A stretch of 12,588 nt of DNA, taken from a virus. The position numbers and the translations under genes are program-made. The notes beneath the pieces are model-generated. The model saw only the letters and a program-made list of their open reading frames with translations. It was not told where the DNA came from and ran no database searches. The stretch is from IMG/VR virus record IMGVR_UViG_3300029713_000071, positions 1-12,588 of that record; one strand, given 5' to 3'. Positions 6,205 to 12,001 of this stretch are shown here, in pieces. Each line of letters begins with the position of its first letter. Within the stretch, counting starts at the first letter, position 1.

Positions 6205-7424
6205 GCTGTTGCCCCCTCTGAATCCGCCGGGGCTTCGTCTCCGCTTGCCTTAGCAAGCTGGTAATCGTCCACGATGTCGGTATTTGCGTTGTTAAGGCTC
6301 TGCAAACGCTTGTCGCCGTCATCCACCGGCGGAAGGTTGAGAATCTCCAAAGCCTGGTTAATGGTGAGAATGCCGAACGGCATAAGCTCCCGAACAAGCT
6401 CCAGTTTGGTTTTGTTGCTTGCGAACAGAAGCCGCCCGCTGCCGAACTCAATAGCGTTGCCAAACGCTTGCTCGCGCTCCGTGAAAACCTTGCGCGTGAA
6501 CTCCAGGGAAAGAAGAAGGGCGAACGGCTCAATTACGGATTCGTAGAACGCGCCCCATTCGTCTTCTGAATAGGTCGAATTTACGATTTTCTCCGAAATG
6601 CCCAGGTAGTTGTAAATCTTCGTCGCCGTGGCCTTCGTCTGCTCCGGGTCAACCGTTACCGGCTTGCTGTCAATCGGTATGTATTCGCTCTTTGAATCGG
6701 TCGCAACGATGCCGCCATTGTTGGCAACGTCCAGGTACTCGGCAATAAAGGCTTCCTTGTCGGCCTTTAGCTTCTCGTCGCTGAGAATCTGGGTGTATTT
6801 CAGAATGCCGCGAATGGTCGCGCCGCTCTTGATGCCGTTAATGATTCCTTCGTTTTCGGTGTGCGCAAGCTCCAAAGCCGGGTAAATGGCTTCGTTTGAA
6901 TCGCCTAGCAGCTCGTCGCTGTTGTAGTTCCGGCGCAAGTGGATTAAATCGCAGTACGGCAAAACAACCTCGTTGCCGCTCCTGAAACGGAATTGCACGA
7001 AAAGCCGCCCGCTAGCGTCTGTAAGAAAGTCGGCTTGTACGCAAGTCATAGGGTAAATGCTTCTTACATTGCCGCGTTCGTCCCTGTCCAGGAAGGCAAA
7101 GGCGTTGTTGAAAAGGTAGTAATGCGTGGCAAGCTTATAAAGCATGTCGTAGGCGTTCATGTACGGGTTAGGCTGCGTCTGTAGAAGCCTGTTCAATACC
7201 CGGTCGCCTTCCGCCGTCCCCGCGCCGGTCTTGATAACGTGCGCGCCCTTCAACTTCGCACAGTTGCGCGCGATAGCGTCAACCGCTCCCCGGTAAATAT
7301 CGTTTGCATATGCGCCGCCGCTGAAAGCCGTAAAGGTAGCCATGTTGCCGTTAAGCGTCTCCGTTTTGGCAAGCTGCTTGCTGTTCGGCTTAAACCGGCG
7401 GGCTAGATTACTCCACCAACCCAC
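6201..7424 (-). CDS. Portal protein (HK97/SPP1-type Phage_portal family)
   Basis: I place the start at GTG 7424 (cac at 7422-7424) with GAAGG 8 nt upstream, giving (M)GWWSNLARRFKP...NDIYRGAVDAIARNCAKL... The 75 codons upstream in the track ORF (to 7649) cover repeat DNA and a hairpin and look non-coding. ATG 7343 is an alternative start. Confidence 0.85.
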   Translation of the reverse strand: MGWWSNLARRFKPNSKQLAKTETLNGNMATFTAFSGGAYANDIYRGAVDAIARNCAKLKGAHVIKTGAGTAEGDRVLNRLLQTQPNPYMNAYDMLYKLATHYYLFNNAFAFLDRDERGNVRSIYPMTCVQADFLTDASGRLFVQFRFRSGNEVVLPYCDLIHLRRNYNSDELLGDSNEAIYPALELAHTENEGIINGIKSGATIRGILKYTQILSDEKLKADKEAFIAEYLDVANNGGIVATDSKSEYIPIDSKPVTVDPEQTKATATKIYNYLGISEKIVNSTYSEDEWGAFYESVIEPFALLLSLEFTRKVFTEREQAFGNAIEFGSGRLLFASNKTKLELVRELMPFGILTINQALEILNLPPVDDGDKRLQSLNNANTDIVDDYQLAKASGDEAPADSEGATA

Positions 7425-7465
7425 GCGCTCAACCTTCTTTCGTCTTATTAGTAGGCTTGTAGTAA

Positions 7466-7535
7466 TTCTTACAATCCTACATGTAAAAGAATAACACAAT
7501 AACGCCATACATGCAAGAATGCAAGAATGTAAGAA
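7466..7535. promoter_or_regulatory. Inverted array of octamers upstream of portal; candidate late-operon operator/promoter region
   Basis: TTCTTACA (7466-7473) and ATCCTACA (7474-7481) face TGCAAGAA (7512-7519), TGCAAGAA (7520-7527) and TGTAAGAA (7528-7535) across a 30-bp spacer. Only weak -35/-10 candidates are present (TTGCAT-17-TATTGT on the minus strand). Confidence 0.45.
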
Positions 7536-7948
7536 CGCGCAACCCTGCAAGGTGCTTTCGTTCGCGTCCAGGCGATAGCAAGAGACAAGGCAAGGAATAA
7601 ATGCCCCTGTGGGGCGCTGTGGTGCCGTTTCTAGGCCGGTTTGTCCCAAAGATGGGCGAATACCCTAGAAAGCATTGAAAGACGCTCTAACGGCCTTCTA
7701 TGGCCTTATATGCCGGATGTTCTGCATACGTAGGCATTCGCGCTCAATCTGCCGCTTTCTCGCTGTCTTTCGTAACTCAAAAACTAGCCGTTCGCTTTTA
7801 GTCGAAAGCCCTACTAACAAGTGAGGTTAACTTGCTTCTACTAGTCCCCTCCATGTGCTTGTAAAGATGTAAAGACTTGTAGAACTTGTAGCCTTAGGGA
7901 AAATGTGGTCTTTCCACTGATGGATAGGCGTTTTTCCCGTTTTTCGCG

Positions 7949-8014
7949 TCATCACTTTGACACGGTTCAATCATCACTTTGACACGGTTTGCGGGACACT
8001 TTTACACGGTTTGG
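7949..8014. repeat. Iteron cluster 1: three contiguous 22-bp direct repeats
   Basis: tcatcactttgacacggttcaa (7949-7970), tcatcactttgacacggtttgc (7971-7992), gggacacttttacacggtttgg (7993-8014). Core CACTTT(G/T)ACACGGTT. Confidence 0.85.
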
Positions 8015-8246
8015 GCCATTTGTAAGATTGTAAGTATTCGCATAAAACCATGTAAAAGCGTTGCGCTTTCGTCCAGGGCTAAGAAGTGAAGGCCTGGGAA
8101 CTGTTGAAAAGCTCCTTCCCCTTGAAAGTCTCCCTACCCCTCATTCTTAGCGTGCTTGTTAAAGATGGAATAGGTTGGAATAGATTGGAGGAAACGCGAA
8201 AATCGCTAAAAACCCTGCTGGGTAGGCGTGTTTCGGGTTTTAGGGC

Positions 8247-8312
8247 GGGACACTTTTACACGGTTTACGGGACACTTTTACACGGTTTGCGGGACACTTT
8301 TACACGGTTTCC
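8247..8312. repeat. Iteron cluster 2: three contiguous 22-bp direct repeats; probable replication origin
   Basis: gggacacttttacacggttt + ac/gc/cc at 8247-8268, 8269-8290 and 8291-8312. Identical apart from the last two bases. Confidence 0.9.
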
Positions 8313-8399
8313 CAATTTGTAAGAATGTAAGCATAGCCCCAGAACCATGTAAAACCGTTCCGCTTTCGTCCAGGGGTTCAAGCATTCCGCACCACTGAC

Positions 8400-8425
8400 A
8401 AAAACAAAAACGCCCCGCTGGGGCG
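8400..8425 (-). terminator. Rho-independent terminator after the primase-polymerase gene
   Basis: Minus strand: CGCCCC-agc-GGGGCG (8425-8411), then TTTTTGTTTTT (8410-8400), about 70 nt downstream of the stop at 8496. Confidence 0.75.
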
Positions 8426-8495
8426 TTCTCGTGCCATTTTAAGGCGCTCAAATTCAATTCATGGGCAAATACTCAAAGAGGGGTGAAAAACGGCT

Positions 8496-9533
8496 CTAAA
8501 CGGCTCCTGTGGCCTTTTGGCGCACATATTCGGAGTATGTAACGGGTCTGCTTTCCTCTTCCCCGTTCTTCCTGGCCCTCTTTATCAGTCGCTCTATTTC
8601 GGTTTGTCCGAAGGTCTGGTTACCCCTACGCTTTTCGTCCCAACGTTCCGGCTCTAGCCTGTAAAGGCCGCTTTGCCTAAAGAGTGCGTCTATCTGTGCC
8701 GGGTTTGCGTCCGTGTAAAAGATTAGGTCGTTTAGCAAAGCCGCCCTTGCTTCGCTGTAGCCGTCGTTAACGCCTGGGTAGTCGCTTGTGTCCCCGCTCC
8801 ATAGCTTCGCTATCCTGTGCCGGTTCTGTCCTCTGAACATACGCCCCTTTATCGCGTCCAGGTCGCCGCTAACGGCTTGCTGTGGCTTCGTGTAAGCCGT
8901 TCTAACGGCTTCTTTCGCCGCCGCCTGGGTCTGGTTGCCGCTTTGGTCTACAAAGGCGTTGTAGACGTTTTCCAGGGCTTCCGGCGCGTCCTTAATCTCG
9001 CGCCGCCCCTCGAACACTCTACCGGTAAGGATTATGTAGCGCTCTTTAGCGTAAATCTCTATTTCCGGCTTCTTTCCCGTGCCGCTAAAGTGGCAATCCC
9101 TTAGAAGGCCCCTTTTCTTTTCCAGGATTAGGCCGCTTTTCCGCGCGATGATGTGAAAGCCCCGCCCGCTTTGGCTAACCTCTGTGTAGCTGTCCACGGC
9201 TTCGATAATGTCCGCCGCTTCCGGTAGGATGTAACCGTTTCGGTCTATCACGTTATCCAGGTCTATAACGATGTAATCGTCTGTGAATACAAAGCCCAGG
9301 CCGCGATACGTCCCGCCCTTTACGGCTTCGTAGCACGCTTCAAAGCTCGCCCATGTCTTAGGGTCTGTCGTGCTCGCCGCCCGCCTGGTTACCGGGTTGT
9401 ATGGCCGCTTTAGCTCCGATTGGTCGCCGCCATAGACTAGCCACTTAGCCTTAGCCTTTAGCTCTTCCGGTATGGGCTTGTATCGTCCCATGGTCTTAGC
9501 AAAGCTTGCCGGTATGCGCTTGCGTCTCGCCAT
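8496..9533 (-). CDS. AEP-superfamily DNA primase-polymerase (Prim-Pol) without a helicase domain
   Basis: 345 aa. KWLVYGG...KRPYNP...DPKTWASFEAC...GLGFVFTDDYIVIDLDN (DxD), SYTEVSQSGRGFHII (sGxGxH), EIEIYAKERYIILTG. C-terminal YSEARAALLNDLIFYT...IDALFRQSGLYR...RWDEKR... is like the primase-associated domain of phage/plasmid primases. No Walker A motif. Confidence 0.8.
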   Translation of the reverse strand: MARRKRIPASFAKTMGRYKPIPEELKAKAKWLVYGGDQSELKRPYNPVTRRAASTTDPKTWASFEACYEAVKGGTYRGLGFVFTDDYIVIDLDNVIDRNGYILPEAADIIEAVDSYTEVSQSGRGFHIIARKSGLILEKKRGLLRDCHFSGTGKKPEIEIYAKERYIILTGRVFEGRREIKDAPEALENVYNAFVDQSGNQTQAAAKEAVRTAYTKPQQAVSGDLDAIKGRMFRGQNRHRIAKLWSGDTSDYPGVNDGYSEARAALLNDLIFYTDANPAQIDALFRQSGLYRLEPERWDEKRRGNQTFGQTEIERLIKRARKNGEEESRPVTYSEYVRQKATGAV

Positions 9534-9535
9534 TG

Positions 9536-10705
9536 CTAGTCCGCCCCTTTCGGGTAAACCTCTACGCCGTCCGTAAGCTCTTCGTAGCGCTCAATAACGC
9601 CGTAGCTCAAAAGGTATTCAAGCTGCTTTCTTATCGCGTTGCGTATGCGTGACTTACGCTTTCGCACCGCGTCCGGTGTCTTGTCCTTCGAAAAGTCGGC
9701 TTTGTCGTAGAAGCTCTGATAGGAAAGCTTGTACATGTTCGGATAAATGCGTTTTCCCTGGCTCTTCATACTCGCAAGAGTGGTAACGCGGTCGCCTATC
9801 ATGTTCACAATCTCCACGTTGTAGCGCGTGCGCCTTATGCCCCAATTGAAGGGGCCTATCTTCTTTGGCTGTAGCGTGGTCATTTGCTTAACCGCTATGG
9901 CGTACTGTGCCAAAGCCGGAAGGGTACGGCCAAACTCGTAATAGCGCACGTTGTCGCCGTCTTCCGTCTTAATCGTCCAGCCGGTAACCTCTATAAGGTT
10001 GCCTTCGTGCTTAATGGCCCCTATTCCTGGGAATACGTCTAGAATCGCGTCTACGTCAAGCTCTATGTATATCTCGGCCATTTTTACCAGGCTGGCGTGA
10101 AGGCTTTCCAGCTGCTCTTCCGTGGGCTTCACTGTGCTCTTCATGACTAGCTTACGGTAAAGCTGTATGGGCGAAACACGGCATATCCCATGCTCTACCA
10201 GGTCGCAAACGGCAAAGAAGACAAACTTGTCTTCCGCGTCCAGGCCGTCCAGCACCTCGCGCACTTTCGATAGGTTCTTTAGAAGCACTCTAACGGTTCT
10301 GTCTTCGCGTTCGCCGGTAAGCTCTGCGCCCACAACCTTAACAACGGCCTGTGTCTGTCGCTCGATGTGCCTAAACTTCCCTTCCGGGTCTATTCCGAAA
10401 AGGCTACGGGTAACGTTGTCGTTCGAGAGCTGGTAGCCCTCATATTCCCCGTGTAACGTCTGCTTTTTCTCGCCGCCCATAACGGCTTCTATAACTTCGT
10501 CCAATTTCACTTCCTTCAATTCCCCCTCGCTACCTGCAAGCTCCATTTCGTCCAGGTATCCAGCGCTTGCGCCGTCTTTGAATGTGATTACGCCTTTCTC
10601 TATGAGTGCGCCCACAATCGAAAGAAGGGCTTCTTTGCGCTGCTTTTCGTCCTTGATAACGGTTAGCTTGCCGGTGATATAGTCGATAACTTCGCTATTT
10701 CGCAT
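9536..10705 (-). CDS. Hypothetical 389-aa protein; candidate replication initiator / iteron binder (context only)
   Basis: ATG at 10705 with AGAGG upstream, overlapping the preceding gene by 11 nt and ending 2 nt before the primase start. No NTPase motif. The basic C-terminus (KRKSRIRNAIRKQLEYLLSYGVIERYEE) looks like a winged-helix-type DNA-binding end. No family recognised. Confidence 0.7.
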   Translation of the reverse strand: MRNSEVIDYITGKLTVIKDEKQRKEALLSIVGALIEKGVITFKDGASAGYLDEMELAGSEGELKEVKLDEVIEAVMGGEKKQTLHGEYEGYQLSNDNVTRSLFGIDPEGKFRHIERQTQAVVKVVGAELTGEREDRTVRVLLKNLSKVREVLDGLDAEDKFVFFAVCDLVEHGICRVSPIQLYRKLVMKSTVKPTEEQLESLHASLVKMAEIYIELDVDAILDVFPGIGAIKHEGNLIEVTGWTIKTEDGDNVRYYEFGRTLPALAQYAIAVKQMTTLQPKKIGPFNWGIRRTRYNVEIVNMIGDRVTTLASMKSQGKRIYPNMYKLSYQSFYDKADFSKDKTPDAVRKRKSRIRNAIRKQLEYLLSYGVIERYEELTDGVEVYPKGAD

Positions 10706-10895
10706 CCTTCGCCGCCTCTTTGCCGTTTAGGTAATCGTCTATGGCTTCTTGGGTGAAATACCAGGTGCGCCCCATTTTGTGACCAACTATCTTTCCCGCG
10801 TCCAAGTAGCGCTTTATCGACCTGGTAGAACACTCGAAAACTTCCGCTACCTCGTGAATGCTGTAATAAATCTTTCCTCTGATTGTCACGGCCAT
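10695..10895 (-). CDS. Small HTH DNA-binding protein, excisionase/AlpA (HTH_17/MerR-like) family
   Basis: 66 aa. YSIHEVAEVFECSTRSIKRYLDAGKIVGHKMGRTWYFTQEAIDDYL is the classic pattern. AGGAGGG RBS 7 nt before the ATG. Confidence 0.8.
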   Translation of the reverse strand: MAVTIRGKIYYSIHEVAEVFECSTRSIKRYLDAGKIVGHKMGRTWYFTQEAIDDYLNGKEAAKDAK

Positions 10896-10898
10896 TTT

Positions 10899-11240
10899 TT
10901 AACCCTCCTGCTCTTCTGCTTGCTGCTTGTCGGCTGCGTGAATGCCCTTTAGCCGTTCCAGGATTTCCCGGTCTACTTCGTCCAGGCCGCGCCCGTCCAG
11001 GTATTCGGTAATGATTGTTTGTAAGGCTTCTTTCTTGCTTACTCTGTTCATAAAGGCGTAATCGTTGAACCGATTTACTACGGCTTCGTCCAGGCGAAAG
11101 CTAACTACAACGTCTTTGCTCTTTTGCCTGGTTGCCCTTGCCGCCTTTGCCGGTGTCTTCGTCGGCTCTTCCGGCTCTAGCTCTACCGGGTCGCCCATAT
11201 AGTCTTCAATCGCCCTAAACTCAAAGTTCTTATCTGTCAT
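10899..11240 (-). CDS. Ribbon-helix-helix protein; ParG/ParB-like centromere-binding partner of ParA
   Basis: 113 aa. ATGA overlap with the parA stop. The disordered basic N-terminus is followed by VVSFRLDEAVVNRFNDYAFMNRVSKKEALQTIITEYL (a beta-alpha-alpha RHH pattern). Confidence 0.65.
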   Translation of the reverse strand: MTDKNFEFRAIEDYMGDPVELEPEEPTKTPAKAARATRQKSKDVVVSFRLDEAVVNRFNDYAFMNRVSKKEALQTIITEYLDGRGLDEVDREILERLKGIHAADKQQAEEQEG

Positions 11241-11998
11241 TTCTTGCCCTCTTTCTCTAGAATCTCGTTCGTTAGCGCCTGGTAGTCTTTTGCGCCGTTG
11301 CTTCGTGGTGCGTATGCGAAAACGTCTTTGCCCTCTGTTGGTGCTTCTGCTAACGCTATGTTGTTGCGAATCCTGGTAGCAAAGACGGCTTCCGGGAAGA
11401 GTTCTTGTAGCTTCGCTTCTACCGCGCCCGTTAGCTTCTTCCGCCGGTCGTATTTCGTTATGAGTACGCCGGTAACCTTGATATCCGGGTTAATGCGTGC
11501 CTTTGCCGCCTTGATAGTCTGCATAAGCCGCGCGATACCTGCTAGCGCTAGATATTCCGGCTCTAGTGGTATGTAGACTTCCGCGCAAGCTGCAAGGGCG
11601 TTGAGCGCCAATACCCCTAGCGATGGGCTGCAATCTATAAGAATGTAGTCATACTTACTTGTAATCGGCTCTAACGCTTGCTTTAGAAGCTGGTTACGCC
11701 CCGTTTCGCTTGCGCTTTCGATGCCTGTTAGCCGTAGGTCGCCCGGTATGAGGTCGCAACCGTTCGGAAGGCTCCTAATAACCTCTTCCGCCTTCCTGGT
11801 CCCCTTCAAAAGCTCGTAGGCCGTCTTATCGTCTCTTGAAACGTTGAAAGCAAAGCTTGTAGTAAGGCTTCCTTGCGGGTCTAGGTCAATCAACAAAACG
11901 CGCTTGTCCGCCTTCGCAAGTCCCGCGCCAACGTTTACGGCTGTCGTGGTCTTCCCAACGCCGCCCTTCTGGTTCACTATCGCTATTACCTTTGCCAA
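11237..11998 (-). CDS. parA: ParA/Soj-family partition ATPase
   Basis: 253 aa. Deviant Walker A NQKGGVGKTTT, LLIDLDPQGS, ILIDCSPSLG. TTG start at 11998 with AAAGGGG upstream. Confidence 0.9.
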   Translation of the reverse strand: MAKVIAIVNQKGGVGKTTTAVNVGAGLAKADKRVLLIDLDPQGSLTTSFAFNVSRDDKTAYELLKGTRKAEEVIRSLPNGCDLIPGDLRLTGIESASETGRNQLLKQALEPITSKYDYILIDCSPSLGVLALNALAACAEVYIPLEPEYLALAGIARLMQTIKAAKARINPDIKVTGVLITKYDRRKKLTGAVEAKLQELFPEAVFATRIRNNIALAEAPTEGKDVFAYAPRSNGAKDYQALTNEILEKEGKK

Positions 11999-12001
11999 TG
12001 G

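Noticed and set aside
6149-6532. Minus-strand 127-aa ORF overlapping the portal 3' end and protease start, plus the plus-strand ORFs at 5840-6195, 6274-6546, 6628-6885 and 6993-7184
   Set aside because: All are shadow frames of the portal and protease genes with no motifs or RBS.
7425-7649. N-terminal 75 codons of the track ORF 6201..7649 (MGQTGLETAPQRPTGAFIPCLVSCYRLDANES...)
   Set aside because: It covers the octamer arrays, the paralogous gctttcg..gtccagg block and a GC hairpin, and its composition is Cys/Leu-rich and nonsense-like. A GTG with a GAAGG RBS at 7424 gives a normal portal N-terminus, so the open frame upstream looks fortuitous.
7811-7845. Imperfect inverted repeat ctactaacaagt-gaggtta-acttgcttctactag
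   Set aside because: Only a 5-bp perfect stem (caagt/acttg) with mismatched extensions, and no T tract. It is too weak to call a terminator or operator, so it is noted only as part of the repeat-rich ori region.
7949-8312. Possibility that the 22-bp repeats are a CRISPR array
   Set aside because: The repeats are contiguous with no spacers, there are only three per cluster, they are not palindromic, and there are no cas genes. The architecture is that of iterons.
8086-8322. Plus-strand 78-aa ORF in the non-coding region
   Set aside because: It reads straight through iteron cluster 2, so its C-terminus is just translated repeats (GHFYTVYGTLLHGLRDTFTRF). It has no RBS and is on the opposite strand to every real gene.
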